Below, piece by piece: positions 1-12,797 of a stretch of DNA of 64,000 nt (positions within the stretch are counted from its first letter, which is position 1; every line of letters begins with the position of its first letter). The DNA comes from Squalus acanthias (taxonomy: Eukaryota): NCBI GenBank assembly GCA_030390025.1, contig CM059432.1:124126001-124190000 (forward strand), written 5' to 3'. The translations under genes and the position numbers were made by a program. A model generated the notes under the pieces. That model searched no databases and was not told the origin of the DNA. It saw only the letters and a program-made list of their open reading frames with translations.

Positions 1-628
1 GTCTAATCGGCACTTGAGTGCTAAACCTGCAGGTGTCTGGTTAGCGCCTCCAGGGAAGTTCAAGCTATGGTAATCAGCAACTAGGACCAAAATTGTGTGC
101 TAAATCCACACTTTCAAACGGGCGTGTCTTATTAGCACAGCACCCATTTAGCGCTTGTTTTTACCCTTTGGCCAAAATAACCTATAATCTCCATGCAGCA
201 CCCTTGTCCGTTTACTTTTCTTCTGCCAATGCTCCAAATAAATGTAGAAATGTCGCTATGTGGTGCTATTTTAATAAATAATAAATAGTGATTGTCCACA
301 GTTAATTTACACTGAAGAAATACCATTCTTCCGGACCAGGCACCATCTGTTGAGCACTAATTCAGACTACTGGGGTGTGGAGAAGAAATTGTCCCTGACC
401 AAAGCAAATTTAAAGTGGGCCTTTCCCATGTTTGCACCAATCCCTGTATGGGAGCCTTATTTTAGGTAATATTTGCACTAACGGATGGCTGTTTCTTATA
501 GGTGTCTATGGCTCCTGAACTAGTCGTGCTGGAAAGACTGTTGGATGGCTTGGTGGAGCAGGAAGATGACAATTGACTCCACTTGTAGGGAAAAGGGGTT
601 TTCTCCCAATCTTCGCCCCTGCTCTGTT

Positions 629-1058
629 CAGATTACACAAACTAGGGTTGTAGTCCCTAGAATTTAGAAGGTTAAGGGGTAATTTGATCAAAGTTTTCAA
701 GATATTAAGGGGAACTGATAGGGTGGATAGAGAGAAACTATTTCTGCTGGTTGGGGATTCTAGGACTAGGGGCCAGAGTCTAAAAATTAGAGCCAGACTT
801 TTCAGGAGTGAAATTAGGAAACACTTCTACACACAAAGGCTGGTAGAAGTTTGGAACTCTCCTCCACAAACAGCAATTGTTGCTAGATCAATTGTTAATT
901 TTAAATCTGAGATTGGTAGCTTTCTGTTAACCAAAGGTATTAAGGGATATGGGGCAAGGGCAGATATATGGAGTTAGGTTGCAGATCAGCCATGATCTCT
1001 TTAAATGGTGGCATAGGCTCGAGGCTAAATGACCTACTCCTCTTCCTATGTTCCTATG
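629..1058 (+). mobile_element. CR1 LINE 3' fragment
   Basis: ORF 684..977 is the CR1 ORF2 C-terminus (LIKVFKIL...TRGQSLKI...FYTQRLVEVWNS); followed by the CR1 3' UTR ending (TTCCTATG)n. Confidence 0.9.
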
Positions 1059-1089
1059 CTCTCCTGAAGATAGTAGACGATGCTGACGC

Positions 1090-1365
1090 ATAGCTCCATG
1101 GGTGCTGGCAGGTTTCTGGTACCTCATCCAAGTTGTAATTGTTCATGTGCAAGCCTAGACTGTGAATACAGGCAGGCTATTGAGCCGTGGCAGCAGTCAA
1201 AAATGAATGCTATCCTGTCCTCACCAGGCATTCACACGTACACTTTCTAGCAAGGGTCACTGGATAGCAGGCAGAAGCGCTGGCTGATATCTCCCTTGAT
1301 CAACTGCCCCATTACTGCTCCAGCTGAGATCAGCTAACTCAGCACAGACATGGGATCAAACCTAG
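1090..1365 (-). mobile_element. Old SINE-like repeat (related copies at ~22150-22450 minus, ~30490-30696 plus, ~52730-52960 plus)
   Basis: Shared motifs between copies (ctgtgctgagttagctgatctcagc; cctgctggaaagtg...gtgaggacagg) and a degenerate B-box-like GTTCGATCC on the minus strand; family not named. Confidence 0.5.
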
Positions 1366-2494
1366 GGGGTAATTTTAACCTCACCCCCACAGACTCCCAT
1401 TTTACACTCTGCCCAATTTTACTTTCCAATGACTTCAGAAAAATGACAACCCAGTACAAAGGAACAGATCACACCTCACTCCACAATGCCACCAGATCCT
1501 GCAACTGCAGGCAGATTGAAAGCACTTTTTTCTAACCATATTACAATATGTCTCTCACTATAAAGAAAAGGCGGTCACATAAGGTTAGTGCACAAGCAGA
1601 GTACGTAATTGCATTGGAAACCCCTATCACTGGTGTAACTGATACTGCAAGTATATAGAGACACTTTTAAAATGGATTTTCCCATAGATATTGTCTGGCA
1701 TAGGGTTTTAAATGCATTTTGAGATGAAATATTGTGCTCCATTCAGGAAATTTTATATATATGCTATATATATTGGAGGGAATAAATGCTCTGCACTTGA
1801 CTTGGACATTGTTCTGAACATTTCATTGTTATTGCTTACAATGTCACAGGACCGTAGCATAAGATGGCAATAGATGGTATTTGAAGAAATGAATATAAAA
1901 GTGTAGGACAAGGTGGGTTGGGCATGATTACTTGGTAGAAGTAGATTGGGCAGTTGTGTCACTCCTTGGAAGACATGTGGTATACCAGTCTTCCTTGCTG
2001 CATTCTTGGTGCTGCTGCGAATCTTTCATGAGTATTTTCAGCCTCTTACTCTGTCATGGCTTTTTTGTAACAAAATTATGATGCATACAAACATACAAAA
2101 ACGAAGGACAGGAAAAGACCAGTTGTCTATCAAGCCATTCCCAGATTGTCATGGTATAACTTTTACATACCATGAACTCCATACTCCCCCTCTCCACTTC
2201 ACCCACCAGCCACGCAATTTTATGGGAGTCAAAAAGAGAGAATAAAACCTTAAACCAACATAGGAAAAAGCTCTGGAAAATTCTTCTCTGACCCCAGAGG
2301 CAATCGGACCAGTTTCAGGAGACCACAGTGACTGGGAAACAGTCCAATACCCACTTAGCTTCTGTATGCTGTTACATTGACCACACTCAGCAACTCATCC
2401 AGCTCCCTTCTGAGTGCTTGTCGTGATTCCGCAGGAGAGGAGTAACAACAGATAAAACTTCAAACTCTACAAAAATTTCTGTCAAGCAATTGCC

Positions 2495-2930
2495 GTGTCA
2501 GCTGTGGCTCAGTTGGTAGCACCCTTGCCTCAGGGTCAGTATGGTTGTGGGTTCAAGTCCCACAAAAATCTAGGCTGACACTCCAGTGTAGTAGTGAGGG
2601 AGTGCTGCACTGTTGGAGGTGCTGTCTTTTGGATGAGACGTTAAACCTCAGGTTGATGTAAAAGATCCCATGGTACTATTTCAAAGAAGAGCAGGGGAGT
2701 TATCCCTGGTGTCCTGGCCAATATTTATCCCTCAATCAACATCACTAAAAAACATTATCTGGTCATTATCACATTGCTGTTTGTGGGAGCTTGCTGAGCG
2801 CAAATTGACTGCCGTGTTTCCTACATTACAACAGTGACTACACATCAAAAAGTACTTCATTGGCTGTAAAGTGCTTTGGGATGTCCAGTGGTCGTGAAAG
2901 GCGCTATAGAAATGTAAGTCTTTTCTTTCC
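2495..2930 (+). mobile_element. tRNA-derived Deu-domain SINE (SacSINE1/AmnSINE1-like), full length
   Basis: A box TGGCTCAGTTGG (~2505), B box GGTTCAAGTCC (~2551), Deu core (gagggagtgctgcactgt...gatgtaaaagatcccatgg...gaagagcaggggagtt), L2-like tail gaaaggcgctatagaaatg. Confidence 0.85.
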
Positions 2931-3453
2931 TCAAAGATAATCAGGTGAAAATTTCAGGATATCAGTCTAATATTATAAGCTATATTATTCAATTTGTACC
3001 AATGATATTCAACAAATGACATACCCATAGCCCTAACAGGACTGTGACAATATTGCTCCACAAAGTGTTTGATCATCTATATCTACACTTATCCTTATAA
3101 CCTTTAATAACCTATAACCTATTCTTAACTAAAATTGATCTAGATGAATAATGAAGGTTAATCAACAGATTAAATTGTTGTTGATGGGGGTCTATTACTC
3201 AAAATTACTTCTCTATGGGAAGAAAATTATTTTAATCTCTATCTTGCTTGAAGCTATCACAGTTTGTGTTAAATAACTTGTTTTGCACACATTTTTAAAA
3301 TAGAACCGCAGATGTTTACAGAACAGAAGGAGGCCATTTGGCACATTGCGTCTGTGTCGGCTCTTTACTAGAGCAATCCTAAACTAATCCATAAATCCAA
3401 GTTGTTATTGTTTTGTACAAATTTATCATTACTTCTTTACTCTTGTACTCTAT

Positions 3454-6113
3454 GGGAGGAATTTTAACCCCTCCTCCCCCACCCCATGACGGGCGGGAGA
3501 GAGTCAGGGGTTAAATTAGTAAAAACGTGAAACCCGACCCCAACCTGTCGTGAACGCTCCTTCTTCCAGTTTAACCGCGGCAGGTTTGGGAACGTCTAAG
3601 TAACCCCTTCAGGAGAGGTGAGTCAGTGGGTACATGGCATCGGCACTGCAGTCAACCATGGAGCATGTGGCTACCTTAATGGACACTGCAGCTGGGCGCT
3701 ACATGCTGTAGTCTGTGGCACCAGTAGTAGCATCCCTCAGGGATGCTCACACGGGGGACATGCAGGTTCTGGGCACCAACATCACCTCTCCTTTGACAGG
3801 CTGGGAGATCAAATGGATAGGAGCTTTGATCGGATCACGGATGTCTCACAGTCTGCTTTCCCACTGATCAGCGGGAGCACTAAGGCGCAGCCTATAGCCG
3901 GGGCAGTTGTGCGATGGGAGTGGAACATGTTGCCGTCATTTAGGAAGGCAGCATATCTGCACCCTTGCCGCTCCCTCAGTCAACAGCTGAAGTGCTGCAG
4001 TCTGCAGGCAGGTCTCCTCAGGCCCGAGCTCCTGGAGGTCACTCTGACCATAAGCATCTCAAGCGCCCTCATCTGACGCGCAGCAGCCTTCCACTTTGCA
4101 TGCTGCAGACACTGGGGAATGCCTTGTATGAGTAGTAGAGAAGGTAAGAGAGCATAGAAGAAATGTACTATAGGCCCACTCCTGGGTGATAATTAGTGTG
4201 TGGACAGATGGGTAAGCCAGAGAAATGATAAACCTTTTTTGAAATCTTTGTAGGTCGAGTGCTCCTGTAGTAGCTGGGAGCTACACAAAGTCAAATGACA
4301 TGAATATCAATCATAGAATCATAGGATCATAGAAATTTATGGCACAGAAGGAGGCCATTCGGCCTTTCGTGTCTGTGCTGGCCGAAAAAGAGCTATTCAG
4401 CCTAATCTCACTTTCTAGCTCTTGGTCTGTAGCCCTGTAGGTCACGGCACCTCAAGTGCACATCTAAACATTTTTTAAATGTTGGTCTTTGGGTGGATAT
4501 AGTTTATTGGAGGGGGGATGCACTGGAACAGATGCTAGGCATGACTGTAAATACAGAGGGATGTGGACTGGTCAGCTGAAGCACTCTTCAATGAGCTGCT
4601 GCCAAAGGGCTCTGGCTGCAGTCTGGTGTTGGAGCCCTCCCGTCTTTTTCCCCATCCTCTATGTTATCAGTGTCGTCTCCCTCACCTTGCTGAAGTTCCT
4701 CATTCGATGGTGGCTCCATGTGTTGTCCCTATTGCAGAGCAGTTTACAGCAAAACCACTATCATGTAGGACACTCTTTCTGGGCTGTATTGAAGGAAGCC
4801 CTAGATCTGTCCATGCAGCAAAGTCATTGCTTGACGACTTCGGTGGTCTGCTTGCTGAGGCCTCTAGTTGACCCATGGATCTCATCGTAGCCCACTTCGG
4901 CTGCTGTGTGTGGGCTCCTGAGAGGAGTCATGAGACAAGTGTGCAGGTGATCGCCCTTGTCCCCAGGCAGCCAGACTCTCACTTGATGTGCAGAGTGGGG
5001 GGAATGGAAGATTGCCACAATATAAATGCATCATGGCAGCTGGCAGAATAATGGGCACAGACCTGCATGATGCACTGCTGGTGATCACATTAAGCCCTTG
5101 TGATTCATGAAAACAGTGGGCTCATCTCTGAAGAAGCCCACGGGGTGGCAGTGGTGCAGTCAATGAGGACCTGGGGGAAGTCTGCACTCTACATGAACTC
5201 CAGAGCCCTATTCTGCTGCTTCTGGTTGTCCATAAGAAACGCGATGAAAGTTTTTTCTTTAGCAAACACAGTATCAGTCACCTGCTTACTGCAAGAATGA
5301 ACTGCAGATTGACTGATGTTGCTGATATCCCCTCGCAGCTTGGAAACGAGCTGGAAACGAGGCAAAGAAGCATTGCAAGATTGCAACAGACAATGCAGTG
5401 GTGGCTGTGGCAGTGGGTTGCAGGTCTTGTTGCAGAAGGTGTCACAACTCTGTGACAGCCTCTCTGAAGAAGCACAGCCTCCTTATGCACTGCTTCTCTG
5501 AGAACTGCAGGTATGTTATCCTGGGTCTTTAGACTCTTTTGGGAGGGTAAAAACTCCAGCGAGTTCACCTCCTCTTAGCTGGACTCCCCGCAGCTGTAAC
5601 TCCATGTGCTCCTTTCATCTTTTGCTGCTGCTGCTGCTCTTCCGCTAGCCAGAATGGAATTGCTGGAAGAAAGTGTGTTTCCAGTATAACCCCGTAAGAT
5701 TTCAGAAGGTTGTCCAGCCATTACAAGCACTTTAAAACTAAGTAACTTGCCGAAAACCATAATAAACTGCCATCAAAGTGCCTCCCAAAGCTTTGAACCA
5801 TTTTAAATGAGAGCAGGTGAGGATTCCTTTAAGTAGCATTGGAAGTGGCCACCTCCCAACCTGTACAGCCCACGATTTGAGGGTGGGTTGAGGAAGCAGC
5901 AATAACAGCACTGATTGACATGAAAACATAGTTGGGGTCATCTGATCCCTATTTAACTATATGTTTCCTATGGGAGCAGTGGCCAAATAAATTGAGACCC
6001 GCCCAATAAATTGGAACGGATGGACCTGAAATGTTTTTTTCTTGAAATGTCCGTCCCACTGTTGCCCTGCTTACAGGTATCAATGAGCGGTAGCACGACA
6101 AAGATCGACCCCG
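3454..6113 (-). mobile_element. Degenerate Harbinger transposon A
   Basis: TIR-like ends (gggaggaatttt / aagatcgacccc), minus-strand transposase remnants, plus-strand remnant of the Myb gene last exon (~3630-4190); CR1 tail inserted at ~4310-4480. Ends approximate. Confidence 0.7.
4560..5570 (-). pseudogene. Harbinger DDE transposase remnant (element A)
   Basis: Fragments GDISNISQSAVHSCSKQVTD (5189..5386) and WLPGDKG...LMTPLRSP...HGSTRGLSKQT (4824..5018); multiple frameshifts. Confidence 0.8.
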
Positions 6114-6642
6114 CCGTTTCAAGGGAGGCACTTGACCATGTATCTACATGGTGTCATGCTCTATCAAATCCTACAATCCGCTGGCCAATTGCAAAATAGT
6201 TCCCATCGATGTGTACCCACATTTTATGTTTGCTGAGCTAATGTGCACCACCTTACACTTATCAACACTAAAATCCATCTGTCATTTCTTAGCCCATCTG
6301 CTCACTTGATCCAGAAAATTAAAAGGTTATGTTTATCCACATTCAATTCCATCTGGCATTCTTTTCCCTGTCTACTTAATTATCTAGATCCCTTTTGAAT
6401 GCTATCAGTCCACCCTATAAAGGCAGCTTGGGTCATCAACATTTTATTATACTATTACCAGAAATGCCCTTCACCATATTATTCATGGACACTATAAAGA
6501 GTAGAAAGCACAGAACAGACCTCCTTGAAACTTTTCCATTTATCATCGCCTTTCTATTTTCAATAATTAAGCAGATGAGGAAGAAAAATAGCAGATGGAA
6601 TTAAACATGGGAAAACATCATCAAACGGTATGTAGTGAACAG

Positions 6643-6702
6643 TAGCGTAGTGGTAATGTCACTGGGCTAGCAATCGTGGACTAATGATCCAGAGTTCAAA
6701 TC
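6643..6702 (+). promoter_or_regulatory. Pol III type-2 internal promoter (A box + B box) at the LINE 5' end
   Basis: TAGCGTAGTGG (6643-6653) fits TRGCNNARYGG; GTTCAAATC (6694-6702) fits GTTCRANNC. Confidence 0.75.
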
Positions 6703-6939
6703 CCACCACGGCAGCTGGGGAATTTAAATTCAGTTAATTAAATAAATCTGGAATAATTACTAGTACCAGTATGAAAACCCATCTAGTTCACTAATGTCCT
6801 TTAGGGAAAGAAATCTACTGTCCTTACCTGGTCTGGCCTATATGTGACTCCAGACCCACAGCAATGTGGTTGACTCTTAACTGCCCTCTGAAATGGCCTA
6901 GCAAGTCACTCAGTTAACCACTATCAAAACATAATAAGA

Positions 6940-9590
6940 ATGAAACCAGATCGACCTCGGCACTGGCTACAGACATGGCAATGTCACACCCAACCCAGTC
7001 GACCCTGCAAAGTCCTCTGCACCAACAGCTGGGGACTTGTGCCAAAATTGGGAGAGCTGTCCCACAGAGTAGTCAAGCCTGACATAATCATACCTTTAAG
7101 CCAATGTCCCAAACTCCTCCATCACCATCCCTGGGTATGTCCTGTCCCACCGGCACAATAGTATACAGTCGAGAAGGAGTGGTCCCTGGGAGTCCTCAAC
7201 ATTGACTCTGGGTCTCATGACTTCAGATCAAGCATGGGCAAGGAAACCTCCTGCTGATTACCACCTACCGCCCTCGCTCAGCTGAAGAATCAGTACTCCT
7301 CCATGTTGAACACCACTTGGAAGAAGCACCAAGAATAGCAAGGGCACAGAATGCACTCTGGGTGGGGGACTTCAATGTACCTGTACTGGCTGAGTCTGGG
7401 CCTGCGACAGGTGGTGAGGGAAAAAACATACTTGACCTCGTCTCACCAATCTACATGTCGCAGATGCATCTGTCCATGACAGTATTGGTAGCATTGACAA
7501 CTGCACAGTCATTGTGGAGATGAAGTCCAGTCTTCACACTGAGGACACCCTCCATCGTGTTGTGTGGCACTACCACCGTGCTAAATGGGATAGATTCAGA
7601 ACTGATCCAGCAGCTCAAAAATGGGCAGCCATGAGGCGCTGCGGGTCATCAGCAGAATTGTATTCCACCACAATCTGTAACCTCATGGCCTGGCTCTTCC
7701 ATTACAATCAAGCCAGGGGACCAACACTGGTTCAACGTGAGTGTAGAAGAGCATACCAGGCGTACCTAAAAATGAGGTGGGAAGCTGCAACAAAGGACTA
7801 CATGCATGCTAAAAAGCGGAAGCAGCATGCTATAGACAGAGCTAAGTGATCCCACAATCAACGGATCAGATCAAAGCTCTGCAGTCGTGAATGGTGGTGG
7901 ACCATTAAATAACTAACAGGAGGAGGCTCCATGAATATTCCCATCCTCAATTATGGTGGAGCCCAGCACGTGAGTGCAAAAGACAAGGCTGAAGCATTTT
8001 CAGCCAGAAGTGCTGAGTGGATGATCCATATCGGCCTAACTCCTGAGGTCCCCACCATCACAGAAGCCAGTCTTCAGCCAATTCGATTCACTCCACGTGA
8101 TATCAAGAAACGACTGAGCACACTGGATACAGCAAAGGCTATGGGCCCCGACAACATCTCGGCTGTCATGCTGAAGACTTGTGCTCCAGAACTAGCCGTG
8201 CCTCTAGCCAAGCTGTTCTAGTACAGCTACAACACTGGCATCTATCCGACAATGTGGAAAAATGCCCAGGTATGTCCTGTCCACAAAAAGCAGGACAAAT
8301 CCAATCCGGCCAATTACCGCCCCACCAGTCTACTCTCAATCATCAGCAAAGTGATGGAAGGTGCTATCGACAGTGCTATCAAGCGGTACCTGCTCACTGA
8401 TACCCAGTTTGGGCTCCGTCAAGACCACTCAGCTCCCGACTTCATTACAGCCTTGGTCCAAACATGGACAAAGGAGCTGAATTCTAGAGGTGAGGTGAGA
8501 GTGACTGCACTTGCCATCAAGGCAGCATTTGACCGAGTGTGGCATCAAGGAGCCCTAATAAAACTGAAGTCAATGGGAATCAGGGGGAAACGCTCCACTG
8601 GCTGGAGTCATACCTAGCACAAAGGAAGATGGTTGTGGTGGTTGAAGGTCAATCATCACAGCCCCAAGACATCGCTGCAGGTGTTCCTCAGGACAGTGTC
8701 CTAGGCCCAACCATCTTCAGCTGCTTCATCAGTGACCTTCCCTCCAACATAAGGTCAGAAATGGGGATGTTCGCTGATGACTGCACAGTGTTCAGCGCCA
8801 TTCACAACTCCTCAGATAATGAAGCAGTCCATGCCCGCATGCAACAAGACCTGGACGACGTTCAGGTTTGGGCTGATAAGTGGCAGGTAACATTCGCGCC
8901 ACAGAAGTGCCAGGCAATGACTATCTCCAACAAGCGAGTGTCTAACCACCTCCCCTTGACATTCAACGGCATGACCATCGCCGAATCCCCCACCATCAAC
9001 ATCCTGGGGGTCACCATTGACCAGAAACTTAACTGGACCAGCCACATAAATACTGTGGCAACAAGAGCAGGTCAGAGGCTAGATATTCTGCGGCGAGTGT
9101 CTCACCTCCTGACTCCCCAAAGCCTTTCCACCATCTACAAGGCACAAGTAAGGAGTGTGATGGAATACTCTCCACTTGCCTGGATGATTGCAGCTCCAAC
9201 AACACTCAAGAAGCTCGACACCATCCAGGACAAAGCAGTCCGCTTGATTGGCACCCCATCCACCACCTTAAACATCACCCCACCGGCGTACCGTGGCTGC
9301 AGTGTGTACCATCTACAAGATGCACTGCAGCAACTCGCCAAGGCTTCTTCGGCAGCACCTCCCAAACCCGCGACCTCTTCCACCTAGAAGGACAAGGGCA
9401 GCAGGCGCATGGGAACACCACCACCTCCAAGATCCCCTCCAAGTCACATATCATCCTGACTTAGAGGTATATCGTCACTGGGTCAAAATCCTGGCGCTCC
9501 CTACCTAACAGCACTGTGGGAGTACCTTCACCACATGGACTGCAGCGGTTCAAGAAGGTGGCTCACCATCACCTTTTCAAGGGCAATTAG
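6940..9590 (+). pseudogene. APE endonuclease-reverse transcriptase ORF, frameshifted
   Basis: ATG 6940 is in frame with APE motif TNSWGL; LWVGDFN; KAMGPDNI; NYRPTSLLS; AAFDRVWH; GVPQDSVLGP; MFADD; stop TAG 9588-9590. Confidence 0.9.
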
Positions 9591-10759
9591 GGATGGGCAA
9601 TAAATGCTGGCCTTGCCAGCGATGCCCACATCCCACAAACGAATAAAAAAAAAAAAAATTATGTTTGGCATAACAAGAGGCTCCAGCCCAAAAAACAACT
9701 GTAACTTGGAGAAAATGCACAAGAATATCCGTGGCACTTCACAGATTTCTCGTATCTGAACTTTTGCACATGTATGCAGATTACTTAAACCACAATGATG
9801 CTTCCAAGAATTAGTTGAGTAACTTCCATATATCTCAAATACAAAGAGCAATAAAATGCTAAATCTGGTGATTGAAGCATTTAATTAAAGCACAGGAAAT
9901 GTTTCGTCAAATATGGCCAGGAATAGTGAATATTATCAGTATTATGCCAATGAAATAGTTGTACTGAATAATGAATATCAATTATGGGGATACTAATAAT
10001 GAGAAAGTTCAATTAAAGAGGATCTAAATTCCAGTGCTGAAGTAAATCAATCCATTTCTTTCATCGCACGATGTACTTACGTACATATAAAAATGGCAGG
10101 CAGGAAAAAACAGCTGTTCCATCGAGCCTTCCCTACACGCATGATCCATGAAGAATCATGACTAGACCCTTCCTACCCCCTCCACCCCACCCCCTGTAGG
10201 CATGTGATCTCCTGGGAGAGGCAAAAAAGCAACAACAAAAACTCCAGGGCAATAAGGGAAAAGAAATCTGCAAAAATATTCTGTCTCGCTCTTTCTGCTC
10301 GAAGGGCCGAATGGCCTACTCCTGCTCCTATTTCTTGTGTTCTTTAGTTACTGTGAATGCTCCTTAATAGAATGATACAGCACAGAAGGAGGCCCTTCTG
10401 CCCATCATGCCTGTGCCGGCTCTTTGGTAGAGCCATCCAACTAGTCTCACTGCCGCTCTTATTCCTCGTCACTTAGCTTAGCTACTTGGATTGTCATTGA
10501 GTATTAATTACTACTAGTGGTTGAGTGATATATTTCTAGGACCAAGTAATGAAGGGGCTGCCAAGAGATTATGCACTACATAGCGCTTCGAGCATTTAAT
10601 TATATTTGTAACAAGCAAACAAGTGTCATGCGTCATGAGAACTCAGGTTGCCTAGATAAGTGACCACAAAATGCTCTGACAAAAGGAACAAGAAAATGCG
10701 GTTTTGGAGATAAAGAGGAGAAGAAGTGAATACTGAAAGAAAACCTTGAAAAGTAATGA

Positions 10760-11438
10760 CGGGGAAGAAATTGGATAGCGCCGGCCTGCTGGCACGAGCT
10801 GCAAGCAGGGAACGGTCCCTGCGCCAGAACAGGTAGGCCAATGCCTGAGCGAAATTTGACCCTGGTCCTCCTTTAAATTATACCGACAAGCTGCGGACAC
10901 CTGCTTCAAATGCCCAGGCAGCTCACTGGCGAAGCAGACATCAAGTTCAAACAGTTGCAATGCCGATAGTGGGCCTCAGGTCAGTCCTGCAAAAGGGGGG
11001 AGGAGATCGGGAGCTGGCTGAGTGGAGGACCGGCAACGGTCTTCAGGACTGCTGTGGAACCAGGAGGACTACCCCTGCTCCTCTCAGCTCCACATTCAGG
11101 TAAGTATTTTTTACAAAACTGACTTTTTTTGATGGCGGCCTCCAGCATTCCCTTTAAGGACTGCTGGTTAGGCCACATGGAGACCTAGTTATCCGAATGC
11201 AGCAGGCCCGGCGCCGGCTGTGTTCAGTGTAGCCCTATTTTGGGAAGGAGTTCTAAAACAGGTGTCAGGCCTCCTATTTGCATATGTTTAGGTGTGGGCC
11301 CTAGATGCTTATACTGGGGCCATTACCAATATGGCGGGCGGTCCACTTCCAGAGCGGAATGTCCACCTGCCATATTGGATGCTTAGGCGCCTGAATTATG
11401 CCTGTAAAATGAGCGCAGTGCCAACAAATTTCTATGCC
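10760..11438 (-). mobile_element. Non-autonomous Harbinger-type element (same family as 56637 and 61245)
   Basis: TIR-like ends ggggaagaaattgg / aatttctatgcc; internal palindrome ccaatatggcggg...cctgccatattgg shared with the other copies. Confidence 0.6.
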
Positions 11439-12060
11439 GGTGCAAGTAATGTACTGTAAGGAAAGCCATTACTACTATAGTGTTAATGAATGCCTTAGTA
11501 AGCTTATAACAGTAATACAGAACTGAGAACTCACTGATCAGTTTTAGATCCACTGTTTTAGCATGTGATATAATGTAATATGCATTGCTATTAGTTAAAA
11601 AATTATTTTTGGACCACATGTATTCATGCCTATTTTTTTGAAATAAACCAGTAATTTGTGTGCTCATCAAGATGAACATTGTTAGGATTAGAACATATTT
11701 CTACTTCTGGTACCTCATCTCATCATCAAGGACTCCTAGGTCAAGTATAGCAAGAGTTAGGTGTAGAATAAGGCTCCATCCACCTCTGCCCAATGATGTG
11801 TCTTCACTTCAAGTACTCTGTATTGCACCAGTGTGAATTTGTTGATTTCCTTTATATGCCATCTTTATAGCCCCTCTGAGTGAGATTGGCGATTGTACTG
11901 TAGCCATTTGCCAAGTAGGAACTAAATGAGATTGCTCAAATATACTTTCACTGGAATCATTACAACTGCCAGATAAGAGATAATTCTGTTCCATCATTCT
12001 AGGCTGGATTCAATCACTGGATAAAAAGATAAAATGTAATCAAGTATCTCCGAATGATTC

Positions 12061-12195
12061 AAAAGGCAAAAATACTGCAGATGCTGGAAATCTGAAATAT
12101 GAACAGAAAATGCTGGAAATACTCAGCAGACAGGCAGCATCTGCGGAGAGAGAAACAGAGAGAAACATTTCAGGTCTGTGACCTTTCATCAGAAA
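12061..12195 (-). mobile_element. Penelope-type pLTR fragment with degenerate hammerhead core
   Basis: Homologous to 28834-28996; minus strand reads CTGATGA-AAGGTCacaGACCT-GAAA. Confidence 0.7.
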
Positions 12196-12797
12196 TGATG
12201 ATTTCTTCTAAAAGTACCATTTTCTAAGGACCGAGTGAATTATCGATACATTCTTCAATACTGAATTAAAGGGGCACTTTGCAAGGAAAATTTTTCAACA
12301 AATCTTTTGTTTGCTAACAAGCACATAATTGAATGCCATAAATTGCATTAAAACCTATCATTGCATCACTCATGTTCAAGTGTGAGTATTCATAACAAAA
12401 ATAACACTCAAGTTTGAGCAATCTGAATCCAGTATAGCAGAACAAAGCTGCCTATTACTGGAAATCTCATTCAGAGAGCCACTAAATGACTGGTGTGGAA
12501 AATGGAAAGAGGTCACACTAATAATTAGGGTTGTTCTTCTAAGGTTTGGGTTGAGTCCTATTGTTGTTAGTCCTTAATGTCTAATAATGCTACACCTAAT
12601 CTTAGAGTGCTTGATGGTGACACTGGGTGCCTGGAATCTAAAGTGTTCCATTCTCTAGCACTATCTCTCACTTTGATTCACACAAAATGCGCACACAAAT
12701 AATAAACATCTCTCTTCGCTCTTCATCCTCTCTGTACAAAAAACATTTAGTTCCTTTAATGATGACTGGGCAAGCGGTACAAAATGGTATGTTTCCT

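Larger units (their letters stand above)
6634..9659 (+). mobile_element. Near full-length single-ORF LINE (CR1/L2/Jockey superclade) with tRNA-like 5' head
   Basis: Pol III A/B boxes at the 5' end, APE then RT motifs, 3' tail gggcaattagggatgggcaataaatgctggccttgccagc plus poly(A); candidate TSD TATGT at 6629-6633 and 9660-9664. Confidence 0.85.

Noticed and set aside
2495..2565. tRNA gene (also 6634-6710)
   Set aside because: A/B boxes are present, but there is no convincing cloverleaf or terminator; each continues into a retroelement body.
12672..12731. Possible short minus-strand exon (acceptor ttttttgtacag)
   Set aside because: Weak donor, unrecognisable peptide, no supporting neighbouring exons.
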